Assembly: GCF_025999095.1 (NCBI RefSeq)
Contig: NZ_AP024678.1
Location: 649,527 to 713,526, forward strand
DNA length: 64,000 nucleotides
Direction: 5' to 3'
DNA from: Thermosynechococcus sp.
Lineage (GTDB): Bacteria > Cyanobacteriota > Cyanobacteriia > Thermosynechococcales > Thermosynechococcaceae
Each line of letters starts with the position of its first letter. The first letter of the stretch is position 1. The notes beneath the pieces are model-generated. The model searched no databases. It worked only from the letters and a program-made list of their open reading frames with translations, and had not been told where the DNA came from. Positions 11,061-19,994 of this stretch are shown in pieces. Both the position numbers and the translations under genes were made by a program.

Positions 11061-14000
11061 ATGACGCAACAACCACAACCCCCCTCTCCCCTTCGGTTTG
11101 GTCAGTGGGGATGGAGAATGATTGGCTTGGTGGCCCTAGGGGCGATCGCGGTTGGCACGCGGACGTGGTGGTTTGTGCGCTATGAATTGGCTCCTGAAAT
11201 CGCCCAACAACTGCAACAGCGCCTCAATCGGCCAGTGGAAATTGGTAGCGTCGAGTACGTCGGGCTGAATGTTGTTCGTTTTGGGTCCTCAGCGGTTCCC
11301 AGTTACACGCCAGAGGCGGGTAACCCAGAATTGGACAATGCCCTAATCAACAGCATTGAGGTTGCCTTTAATCCATGGCAGCTCCTGACGGGTCAAAAGC
11401 TCGATATTGACATTACCCTCCACCAACCCCAACTCACGGTGGTTCAGGATGCCCAAGGGCAGTGGTGGCGCACCGAAGTTAAGCGGCCAGCGGCGGAGCC
11501 GACCTTCTTGCAGCTGAATCAAATCAGGGTGAAGGTGCGGGATGGCTCGGTGCTGGTTCAACCCTTTCAGCGTCCTGCCTACCTGCTGCGTCATATTCAT
11601 GGGGCATTGACCCTAAAGCCCGATCGCCAGAATTTTGCCCTCGCCGGTCAACTGGAAGGGCAGCTGGCCGGCGGTGGCCAATGGCGATTGCAGGGGGAGT
11701 GGAGCCAACCCCAGGAAACGGGACAATTGGCTTTGCGCTTTCGTCAGATTCCCCTTGCCCTGGGTAATGAGATTCTGCCAAGGACCATTCGTGTCCAAGG
11801 TGGCCAACTGGCGGGGCAGTTGCGCCTTCGCCTGCCTCTGCCAGAAACACCCCAAGTCACGGGTCAAATTTGGTTGCGGGATGGTAGGCTGCGCACGGCC
11901 TTTGTGCCCCAGGATATCAAAGCATTGCAGGCCCATGTGCAATTGCAGGGCACTCAGGCAAGGCTCCACTATCTGCGCGGGGCGATCGCTAACGTCCGCT
12001 GGCAGGCTGCAGGCACAGTTAGTCCTGAAAGGGGCTGGAATATCAATGCCCAAGTGTCGAGGTTTGATCTCATCCCCACCTTGAGGGCTTTGCAGATTAC
12101 GCCACCTGTTCCCCTCAGGGGTCAAGTAGAAGTTCCCACCTTCCGCCTGCAGGGGGATCTGGAGAATCCTAAAATTATGGGTGAACTGCGCAGCCAAACG
12201 CCTCTCCAAGTGGATCAACTGCAACTGCAACAGGTAAGGCTGCCATTTATGGCCTCCCTTGCTGGGGGGGTTAGGCGGATGGATGTCCGCGCCCAGTTGG
12301 TGGATGGGGGTGAGGTACGGGCAACGGTGGGGATACAGCCCACAGGGGAGTTTCGCGGCCAAGCACAAGTGCAGCAGGTGAATCTGCAGGCGATCGCCCG
12401 CCGCTATAAGGTGGCTCCGCCGGTGTTTTTAGGGGAGGGCTTTGCGCAATTGGATTTTCGGGGCCATTTGCGTACCCCAGGGGCTTGGCAGGCCAATGCG
12501 GCCTTTCAGCTACCGACGGCTCAGTATCCCCTGCGGGGCACCGCTCGTCTGACCCAAACCCAACTGCTGGTTCCTGAGTTTCAAATGCCGTTTCTCGGCG
12601 GCAGTCTGCGGGGTCAAATGCAAGCCAGCGCCGGTCGGTGGCAGTTACAAGCCCAGGCCGCGAATATTCCCCTGCGGCAGTTCAATCAAGAGTTACAGGG
12701 TCGTCTCAGTGGGCGGGCGATCGCCCAAGGGCGAGTGGATCAACTGACGTTGCCAGCGATTCGCGCCAGTGCCAATCTCGCAGTGGATCAAACCCCCACA
12801 GGGGATCCCCTGATTGCGGCTGTAAACTGGGATGGCCAGCAATTGCAAGTCCAACAGGCCACCCTCGGTGCTATCCGCGCCCAAGGAACCATTGGCGTTG
12901 ATTTAGCGGCTCTAAAACCTACTGACCTGCAATTGGGCATCCAAGCCAGGAATCTCTCCCTAAGTAGGTTAAGCACCGTCTTGAAACGGCATCTCCCTGT
13001 TTCCCTCGCCCTTGCCGGTACAACCTCCTTTACAGGCCAACTCACAGGCCGCCTCAATAGCCTCCAGTTTCAGGGGGAACTGCTGACCCAAGGATTGGCG
13101 GTGAATGATTTACGCTTTGCCCCTCAACTCACGGGCACGGTTGCCCTGAACCAACAACAGGGGGCAACCCTCAATTTGCAGGGTGGGGGCGATCGCCTGG
13201 CGTTTCGGCTGGATGCCGATGGCTTACCCCACTCACTGCTGGTTCAACGGCAACAGGCGCAACTCATCGGTCAGCGCCAAGGGGCAACCTTTGATCTGCG
13301 TCTTCGCCAATTTCCGCTGGACTCCCTGCGCTTACATCCCCCGGCACTCCCTAGGCATGCCATTCTCGCGGGAGTTGCCTCTGGCGAGCTCCAGTTGCAG
13401 AACTGGACAAGCGGTCAGGGCCGTTTTACGGTGGAGCGACCGGGGTTAGGAGCATGGCGGGGCGATCGCCTGCAAGCCCAATTCCGTCTAAGTCGCGATC
13501 GCCTGACGATTCAATCCGGCCTTTTTGAAAAAGGGGAAAGTCGCTATCAATTCACTGCCGATCTCCAGCCTCAGCAATTGGGGGCACAGTTGACAATTGC
13601 CCAAGGTAATTTAGCGGATTGGACGGGACTAGCCACTGTCCTTGGGATTGGTCAACCCACGGCTCGGGGCACCGCTGCAGATTTGGGAACACCCACCGCC
13701 GGGGAAGGTCTGCAGGTCTCACTGCTAACGCAAATTCGCCGCCTTGCCGAAATCGAGATGCTCCAAGCCCAAGCGGCTTTGGTGCGGCGGCCAGAACTCC
13801 TGCCCCCCTTGGATCAACTTCAGGGCATTTTTAATGGCCAGATCACTCTAAGTCAAACCCCCCAGACCGGTCTGGTGGCCCGCTTTGATCTCAAGGGCGC
13901 CAATTGGCAGTGGGGAAATTACCAAGTGGAGCAGTTTCTTGGTCGCGGTCGCTTTGCCCAAAACCGACTGCTGCTGACGACCCTCAATATGCTGGTCAAC

Positions 14001-15770
14001 GGTGGGCAATTGAATGTCAATGGCATTTTGGGGGGTAACCAGCAAAATGCCCAACTGCGGCTAGCGCAATTGCCGGTGGGTCTTGTGGCCAGTCTTTTGC
14101 CGCCGGGGGTAAATCTGGAGGGTCAAGTGAATGCCCAAGCGGTGTTAACTGGCCCATGGCAGCAGCCTACTCTCGCTGGTGAGGCTACCCTGGCGCAGGC
14201 TCGGTTGAATCAACGTCCCCTTGAAGCCGCCAGTGCCACATTCCGCTATGCCCAAAATCGGCTTGCCCTGCGGGCGATCGCCCGCTTCGATACGCCAGAA
14301 CCGCTGAGGGTGACGGGTTCGGTTCCCTTGATCTATCCCCTTGACCCACAACCCGTTGTGGATCCGCAGTTAGCCCTAGATGTGAGTGTCAAGGATGAGG
14401 GCTTGTCCTTCATTAACCTCTTGACGGATCAGGTGCAATGGCAGCAAGGTAAAGGAATTTTGCAAGCACAATTGCGGGGCACCTGGGACAATCCCATCAT
14501 TAACGGCGTTCTAAGTGTGGATGATGCGGTTATTAAAACTCCCGCCTTTGAGGAGCCAGTGACGAATCTCAGTGCGCGGGTGCGCTTTGATCGCGATCGC
14601 CTACGGGTAGATGGGATTCAAGGCCTCTTTAGTCAGGGGCAAATTACCATGACAGGGGTGCTGCCAATTCAGACTCCCCTGGCCTCAGATGATCCAGATG
14701 CTGCGACACCCCTCACTGCTTCCCTGCAACGATTACAAGTGAATGCCGGCAATATCTATCGCGGTACCGTAGATGGCACCCTTGTGATTAGGGATACCCT
14801 CCTGAGTCCTAATTTCGGGGGCAGTGTCCAACTCAGCCAAGGCCGTTTAGATCTAGGAGCGATCGGTGGTTTTACCAATGGCGATGGGTTGACCACTTCT
14901 GCTGACTCCCTATTTGAGCCCCTGGTCTTTGAGAATTTAGAAATTCATATCTTAGATTCCTTGCGGGTGACGCGATCGCCCGTTCTTAACCTAATGGCCA
15001 CGGGTCGTTTAACCCTCAACGGCGGCCTCAATAGTCTCCAGCCTGAGGGCAAAATTCGCCTCACAGGAGGGCAACTGAATCTTTTTACCACCCTCTTTTT
15101 GCTCCAGCGGCCAGCGGATAACTATGTGCTCTTTACCCCCGCCAATGGCTTGGATCCCGAACTCAACCTCACCCTTGCTGCCACTGCCACCGAAGTTTAT
15201 ACCCCCGGTACCGTGAGGCGACTATCGGATGGGGGCTCCGTAACAGCCAGCAGCCTAGGAACGTTGAACACCATTCGGATCACTGCCCGCATCAATGGTC
15301 GTGCCAGTCAACTCCAAACCAATTTACCTGCGGTGCTTGAGCTATCCAGTACCCCCACCCGTAGCAAAACCGAACTCCTGGCATTGATGGGCGGGGGCTC
15401 AATTGCAGATCTCAACCCACTGGGGGGAGAAGCGGTAGTGGCCAGTCTCGCCGGATCTGCGCTTTTCAACAACCTACAGGCATGGATTGATCGGGCTACA
15501 GGTAACCGCACCTCCTTTCGCATTTTTCCAGCCCTGGTACCCCCCGATCGCCAAGCCCAAAGCCAAGCCCCAATCCTTGCTGTGGGGGCTGAACTCGGGT
15601 TCCAAGTAAATAGTTTTACCTCGCTCTCCCTCTTGCAGTTGCTAACTGCCCCCAATGATCCGACACGGTTTAACCTTGGGTTTCAGGTGACAGACCAGAT
15701 TCGCCTTGGTGGACAGGTGAGCACCAGTGGTCAGGGCACAGGCTTTCTGGAGTTCCGTTACCGTTTTTAA
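11061..15770 (+). CDS. tamB: translocation and assembly module TamB-like protein (DUF490; TIC236 homolog)
   Basis: 1569 aa with a single N-terminal membrane anchor (WRMIGLVALGAIAVG) and a very long Q/L/G-rich beta-repeat body. The C-terminus resembles DUF490 and ends GQGTGFLEFRYRF. Confidence 0.75.
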   Translation: MTQQPQPPSPLRFGQWGWRMIGLVALGAIAVGTRTWWFVRYELAPEIAQQLQQRLNRPVEIGSVEYVGLNVVRFGSSAVPSYTPEAGNPELDNALINSIEVAFNPWQLLTGQKLDIDITLHQPQLTVVQDAQGQWWRTEVKRPAAEPTFLQLNQIRVKVRDGSVLVQPFQRPAYLLRHIHGALTLKPDRQNFALAGQLEGQLAGGGQWRLQGEWSQPQETGQLALRFRQIPLALGNEILPRTIRVQGGQLAGQLRLRLPLPETPQVTGQIWLRDGRLRTAFVPQDIKALQAHVQLQGTQARLHYLRGAIANVRWQAAGTVSPERGWNINAQVSRFDLIPTLRALQITPPVPLRGQVEVPTFRLQGDLENPKIMGELRSQTPLQVDQLQLQQVRLPFMASLAGGVRRMDVRAQLVDGGEVRATVGIQPTGEFRGQAQVQQVNLQAIARRYKVAPPVFLGEGFAQLDFRGHLRTPGAWQANAAFQLPTAQYPLRGTARLTQTQLLVPEFQMPFLGGSLRGQMQASAGRWQLQAQAANIPLRQFNQELQGRLSGRAIAQGRVDQLTLPAIRASANLAVDQTPTGDPLIAAVNWDGQQLQVQQATLGAIRAQGTIGVDLAALKPTDLQLGIQARNLSLSRLSTVLKRHLPVSLALAGTTSFTGQLTGRLNSLQFQGELLTQGLAVNDLRFAPQLTGTVALNQQQGATLNLQGGGDRLAFRLDADGLPHSLLVQRQQAQLIGQRQGATFDLRLRQFPLDSLRLHPPALPRHAILAGVASGELQLQNWTSGQGRFTVERPGLGAWRGDRLQAQFRLSRDRLTIQSGLFEKGESRYQFTADLQPQQLGAQLTIAQGNLADWTGLATVLGIGQPTARGTAADLGTPTAGEGLQVSLLTQIRRLAEIEMLQAQAALVRRPELLPPLDQLQGIFNGQITLSQTPQTGLVARFDLKGANWQWGNYQVEQFLGRGRFAQNRLLLTTLNMLVNGGQLNVNGILGGNQQNAQLRLAQLPVGLVASLLPPGVNLEGQVNAQAVLTGPWQQPTLAGEATLAQARLNQRPLEAASATFRYAQNRLALRAIARFDTPEPLRVTGSVPLIYPLDPQPVVDPQLALDVSVKDEGLSFINLLTDQVQWQQGKGILQAQLRGTWDNPIINGVLSVDDAVIKTPAFEEPVTNLSARVRFDRDRLRVDGIQGLFSQGQITMTGVLPIQTPLASDDPDAATPLTASLQRLQVNAGNIYRGTVDGTLVIRDTLLSPNFGGSVQLSQGRLDLGAIGGFTNGDGLTTSADSLFEPLVFENLEIHILDSLRVTRSPVLNLMATGRLTLNGGLNSLQPEGKIRLTGGQLNLFTTLFLLQRPADNYVLFTPANGLDPELNLTLAATATEVYTPGTVRRLSDGGSVTASSLGTLNTIRITARINGRASQLQTNLPAVLELSSTPTRSKTELLALMGGGSIADLNPLGGEAVVASLAGSALFNNLQAWIDRATGNRTSFRIFPALVPPDRQAQSQAPILAVGAELGFQVNSFTSLSLLQLLTAPNDPTRFNLGFQVTDQIRLGGQVSTSGQGTGFLEFRYRF

Positions 15771-15858
15771 TGTCGTCTATGATCGGAGTACTGCCAGCAC
15801 CGCTCAAGCTTGGAAGGTGGCAATTGCGGCAGTTGCAGTAGCCTCGGTATCCATCTTG

Positions 15859-18147
15859 ATGAAAAATTCCGCTAGAGCCTTATCTCAACGATTTTCGATT
15901 TCATGGCAGCGGTTAAGTCTGCGTTGGAAATTTACCTTGGCCTTGGCACTTGCGGCGCTCTTTCCAGCCGTGATTATTACTGAAGCCCTGATTCAAGTCA
16001 GCTATCGCAGCTTTGAGCATCACCTCGATCAGCAACTGCGCTCTAGTTTGCAGGATTTGCAGTGGGAAATTGACAATTTGGTCTATGAGTCTCGTATCCA
16101 AGCCCTCTTAATTGCCAGTGGAATCGATGCGCAGCATGTGGGTCAATCCCTTGTCAGTGTTTTGCATCCTGCCGCTATCCACGCCATTCTTGCGGCAGTG
16201 GATAGGACTGAACGCCCCATGAACCTGATGCTGGTGGCCGATGCCAGGGGTAGAGTACTGGCACAGCAAACAATGGTCTTAGCCAAAACGGGAGAGGCGC
16301 TCCTCGACTTGACCCCCGAAACCCATTCCCCCTATCGTCTCAGCCCGCATCAAGCCAACAGTATTGCTAATTTACCGATGTTTCAAGTGGCTCGCGATCG
16401 CCAGCAAATGATTAGCGGTCTGGTACTCCTCAATCGTGAACAGTTACAAGAACTGGGCTTAGCACAGCAGGCAACGATTACATTGCGTCCTCAACCTATC
16501 GCACCTCTACCCCCCAATCAGCGGCCAGCCCCTGCGGGTACCTATCCCATCGCGGACGGCAATATTGGCTTACTAGCCTTTGCTGCAAAGCCCCTTTATG
16601 AAAACAACCAATTTCAAGGGCTAATTCTGACGGGCATTTTGCTCAACAATATGCCGGATTTGGTGGATAGTACCACTGCATGGTCCACTGTAGATACGGT
16701 GGCAACCATTTTTGCCCAAGATTTGCGGATTGCCACCAATGTGCCTTACACCGATGGGCGCACTCGCGCCCTTGGGACCCGCGTCGCTCGCGAAGTGGCC
16801 ACTCAAGTTCTCAATCAGGGCAAAATGTTTGTCGGTACAACTGACATTGTGGGTTCCCCCTATGCAACTATCTACAGCCCATTGCCGGACTTTCGCCAGC
16901 AGCTGAATCTGCCGCATCCACCGCCCATTGGTATTGCCTTTGTCGGGAAGTCCCAGGGGTGGATTGATACCATAGCCAACCAAAAACGGTTGGTGTCTTT
17001 TGCCATTACCCTTGGTGCCCTGGTGTTGGCCGGTGTTTGGGCTTATCTCACGGCCAATGCGATTGTCAAGCCGCTTCAATCCTTGGTCATTTCAATCCGT
17101 CGGGTACAGGCAGGTGATTTGACGACACTGGTGCAGGTGCACTCCCTTGATGAGGTGGGCGAACTGGCCAATTCCTTTAATGCCATGATGCGCCAGTTGC
17201 GTCTTTCTTTTGAGGAGTTAGCCCAAAAAAACCGCTCCCTCGAGCAGATTCGCGATGAACTGATTGAGGCCAATGAACAGTTTGAAGCGGTACTCAATGC
17301 CGTTCCCGGTACGATTGCTTGGATTAACGCTGAGGGCATCTATAAGGGGGTCAACCGCAAGTTGGCAGAAACCTTAAATTTGCCACCAGAGGCATTTATT
17401 GGGCGTCCCTTGGGCTTTTTGTCTGCGGATGACGAGCTGGCAGCCTTTATGCAGGAGTTTTTGCAGTCTCCAGAGCAATTTGCCTCACGGGTGATTTCCG
17501 TTCAGCACAATGGTCAAACCAGGTTTTACCTGGTGGCTTTGCAAAAGTATATGAAGGGTACCCATACCGTTGCTGTCGGCATTGATATTAGCGATCGCAT
17601 TCGAGCCGAGGAAGCGCTGCGCATTGCTGAGGAAAACTACCGCAGTATTTTTGAGAATGCCCTTGAGGGAATTTTTCAAGCGTCAACGGAAAATCAGTTT
17701 ATTCGGGTCAATGCCGCCATGGCCAAGATTTTTGGCTTTGACTCTCCCGCAGAAATGGTGGAGACCATCACCAGTATCCGCGACCAAATCTACGTGGAAC
17801 CCAGCACCCGCGATCAGATTCTGAATCATTTTGCGACTGGAGAAACAACGGGCCATTTTGAATTCAAGGCCTATCGGCGCGATCGCCAGATTATTTGGAT
17901 TCAGTTGGATATGCGAGCGGTCTTGGATACCGACGGCAAGATTTCCTACTATGAAGGATTAGTGCAAGACATTACCGAGCGCAAACAGCGCGAGCAAGCC
18001 ATGCAGCAGCAAATTGAAGAGCTAAGGGTGGAAATTGATCATGAAAAACGGCGGCAGCAGGTGGCAGAAATTACCGAAACGGAGTACTTTCAGCAGTTGC
18101 GCCGCGAGGCAAACTATTTGCGTCAGCGTCGCCATTCCAAAAGCTAA
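15859..18147 (+). CDS. membrane sensor protein with a periplasmic Cache-like domain, HAMP, two PAS domains and a C-terminal coiled coil; no recognisable output domain
   Basis: TM1 FTLALALAALFPAVIITEAL, a loop of about 300 aa, then TM2 LVSFAITLGALVLAGVWAYLTA. HAMP is KPLQSLVISIRRVQAGDLTT..LDEVGELANSFNAMMRQL. The PAS cores are FEAVLNAVPGTIAWINAEG and YRSIFENALEGIFQAS. I prefer the ATG at 15859 to the GTG at 15727, which would overlap tamB by 44 nt. Confidence 0.75.
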   Translation: MKNSARALSQRFSISWQRLSLRWKFTLALALAALFPAVIITEALIQVSYRSFEHHLDQQLRSSLQDLQWEIDNLVYESRIQALLIASGIDAQHVGQSLVSVLHPAAIHAILAAVDRTERPMNLMLVADARGRVLAQQTMVLAKTGEALLDLTPETHSPYRLSPHQANSIANLPMFQVARDRQQMISGLVLLNREQLQELGLAQQATITLRPQPIAPLPPNQRPAPAGTYPIADGNIGLLAFAAKPLYENNQFQGLILTGILLNNMPDLVDSTTAWSTVDTVATIFAQDLRIATNVPYTDGRTRALGTRVAREVATQVLNQGKMFVGTTDIVGSPYATIYSPLPDFRQQLNLPHPPPIGIAFVGKSQGWIDTIANQKRLVSFAITLGALVLAGVWAYLTANAIVKPLQSLVISIRRVQAGDLTTLVQVHSLDEVGELANSFNAMMRQLRLSFEELAQKNRSLEQIRDELIEANEQFEAVLNAVPGTIAWINAEGIYKGVNRKLAETLNLPPEAFIGRPLGFLSADDELAAFMQEFLQSPEQFASRVISVQHNGQTRFYLVALQKYMKGTHTVAVGIDISDRIRAEEALRIAEENYRSIFENALEGIFQASTENQFIRVNAAMAKIFGFDSPAEMVETITSIRDQIYVEPSTRDQILNHFATGETTGHFEFKAYRRDRQIIWIQLDMRAVLDTDGKISYYEGLVQDITERKQREQAMQQQIEELRVEIDHEKRRQQVAEITETEYFQQLRREANYLRQRRHSKS

Positions 18148-18149
18148 CC

Positions 18150-18827
18150 ATGACCGATATCCAGGCCCTGTTTGAGCGCATTGCCCCCCTCTACGATCGC
18201 CTCAATGATCAATTGAGTTTTGGTCTGCACCATGTGTGGAAACAGATGGCTGTGGACTGGCTTGAGCTCCCTCAGGGGACAACGGCTTTGGATCTCTGCT
18301 GTGGCACGGGGGATTTGACGCGTCTGCTCGCGCGGCGGGTGGGGCGGCAGGGACGGGTGGTGGGCTTGGACTTTGCTGCGGCCCCGCTGGCGATCGCCCG
18401 CCAGCGGAGTGACCATTACCCGCAAATTGAATGGCTCCAAGGAGATGCCTTAGCAGTACCCTTGGCAGCTCAAACCTTTCAGGGCATCACGATCGGCTAC
18501 GGGCTACGCAACGTGGGGGATATTCCCCAAGCTCTCAGGGAAATGTTGCGGCTGCTTGTCCCCGGTGGGCGAGCTGCCATCCTCGACTTTAGCCATCCCC
18601 AAACCCCCGCACTCCAGCAATTTCAGCAATGGTATTTGCAACAGTGGGTAGTTCCCACTGCCCGTCAGTATGGCTTGGCGGCAGAGTATGACTACTTGTG
18701 GCCGAGCATTCAGGCCTTTCCCACTCCCCTTGCCCTCTGTGAATTGATTCAACAAGCGGGCTTTGCAAGCGTGAAGCACTACCCTCTGCTGGGGGGACTC
18801 ATGGCGATTACTGTTGCCCAAAAGTAA
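18150..18827 (+). CDS. menG: demethylphylloquinone/demethylmenaquinone methyltransferase (UbiE/MenG family)
   Basis: FERIAPLYDRLNDQLSFGLHHVWK plus the SAM motif ALDLCCGTGDL, and GITIGYGLRNV. Confidence 0.85.
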   Translation: MTDIQALFERIAPLYDRLNDQLSFGLHHVWKQMAVDWLELPQGTTALDLCCGTGDLTRLLARRVGRQGRVVGLDFAAAPLAIARQRSDHYPQIEWLQGDALAVPLAAQTFQGITIGYGLRNVGDIPQALREMLRLLVPGGRAAILDFSHPQTPALQQFQQWYLQQWVVPTARQYGLAAEYDYLWPSIQAFPTPLALCELIQQAGFASVKHYPLLGGLMAITVAQK

Positions 18828-18911
18828 TCTACGTTACAAATGTTAGGCTTCACTCCTTGGGCAATCCTCTAAGCTATAGATAGGCAAGCCGCAGGGCGTT
18901 TGGAGGGTGGT

Positions 18912-19403
18912 ATGTATAAAAAAATTCTTGTTGCAGTTGACGACAGTGAACTGGGGGAACAAGTTTTCCAGAGCGCACTGGATTTGGCACAACACTACCA
19001 AGCTCGCATGATGCTGATTCATGTCCTCTCGCCTACCAATGCAGCCTATCCTGACCCCATCTTTACGACCCCTTTGGCTTCAGGGGTATATGTGGGACTG
19101 CACGAGGAAGTGATGCGGGCCTATGCCGAGCAGTGGGAAAACTTTGAGCAAAAGGGCTTGGATATGCTGCGCCACCTCACCCAAATTGCCACTGAAAAGG
19201 GGGTGCCCACCGAATTTACCCAAGCCTTGGGGGATGCGGGTCGGGCCATTTGTGATCTGGCCCAGGAGTGGGAAAGTGATTTGATTGTGCTGGGGCGGCG
19301 GGGTCTCAAGGGCTTGAGTGAATTTTTCCTCGGCAGTGTCAGCAACTATGTGCTCCACAATGCCCCCTGTTCTGTACTCACCGTCCAGCGCCGCCGTGAT
19401 TGA
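18912..19403 (+). CDS. universal stress protein (UspA family)
   Basis: MYKKILVAVDDSELGEQVF ... DLIVLGRRGLKGLSEFFLGSVSNYVLHNAPCSVLTV. The ATG at 18912 is preceded by GGAGGGTGG. Confidence 0.85.
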   Translation: MYKKILVAVDDSELGEQVFQSALDLAQHYQARMMLIHVLSPTNAAYPDPIFTTPLASGVYVGLHEEVMRAYAEQWENFEQKGLDMLRHLTQIATEKGVPTEFTQALGDAGRAICDLAQEWESDLIVLGRRGLKGLSEFFLGSVSNYVLHNAPCSVLTVQRRRD

Positions 19404-19992
19404 GACTCCCGTTCGCATCAAGTTCCTTCTACAACCTACCCGTCCTGAGTGGGTAGAGCAAGCGATCGCTCACCTAGATACGATTTTGCTCGATCACTCC
19501 CACTGTGAGCGCAAAGCCGCTAGTGTGGCTATTAACTTAATGTTTCGCTATCCTTCCCACAAACCATTGGTAGATGCCCTCACCGATATTGCCCAAGAGG
19601 AACTTGACCACTTTCGCCAAGTCAATCAGCAATTAGAACGCCGCCACATTGCCCTGGCACCCCTGAGTGCGCCCCCCTATGCCTCGCGCTTGAATGCAGC
19701 TGTCCGCCAACAGGAACCCCAGCGCTTCTTGGATAGCCTATTGGTCTGTGCCTTGATTGAAGCCCGCAGCCATGAGCGGTTGCAACTGTTGGCTCAGCAC
19801 TGCCCAGATGGGGAACTGGCGGAATTCTTTGCTAGCTTAGTGACCTCCGAGGCACGCCACTACGGCACCTATTGGTACTTGGCCTATCGGTACTTTGGTC
19901 AAGAGGTAGTGGCAGAGCGACTACCGCAGTTGGCTGCCCTTGAAAGTGAAATTCTCAGCACGCCCTATCCCTTGCCCCGGATTCACAGTTAG
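19396..19992 (+). CDS. miaE: tRNA-(ms2io6A37)-hydroxylase, ferritin-like diiron protein (MiaE family)
   Basis: Diiron ligand pattern HCERKAA / QEELDHF / IEARSHE / SEARHY. The start is uncertain: the GTG at 19396 overlaps the usp stop, while the ORF track begins at 19318 inside usp. Confidence 0.65.
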   Translation: MIETPVRIKFLLQPTRPEWVEQAIAHLDTILLDHSHCERKAASVAINLMFRYPSHKPLVDALTDIAQEELDHFRQVNQQLERRHIALAPLSAPPYASRLNAAVRQQEPQRFLDSLLVCALIEARSHERLQLLAQHCPDGELAEFFASLVTSEARHYGTYWYLAYRYFGQEVVAERLPQLAALESEILSTPYPLPRIHS

Positions 19993-19994
19993 CC

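Noticed and set aside
11613-12368. Long antisense or alternative-frame ORFs inside confident genes. Examples are 11613..12368(-) in tamB, 23638..24282(-) in thiL, 50177..50920(-) in chlL, 35954..36622(-) across EF-G/GT2, 37126..37713(-) across tRNA-Glu and the aminotransferase, and 29595..30149(-)
   Set aside because: These are shadow ORFs typical of GC-rich DNA. Their translations are low-complexity and Arg/Pro/Gly-rich with no motifs, and each is fully explained by a well-supported gene on the other strand or frame.
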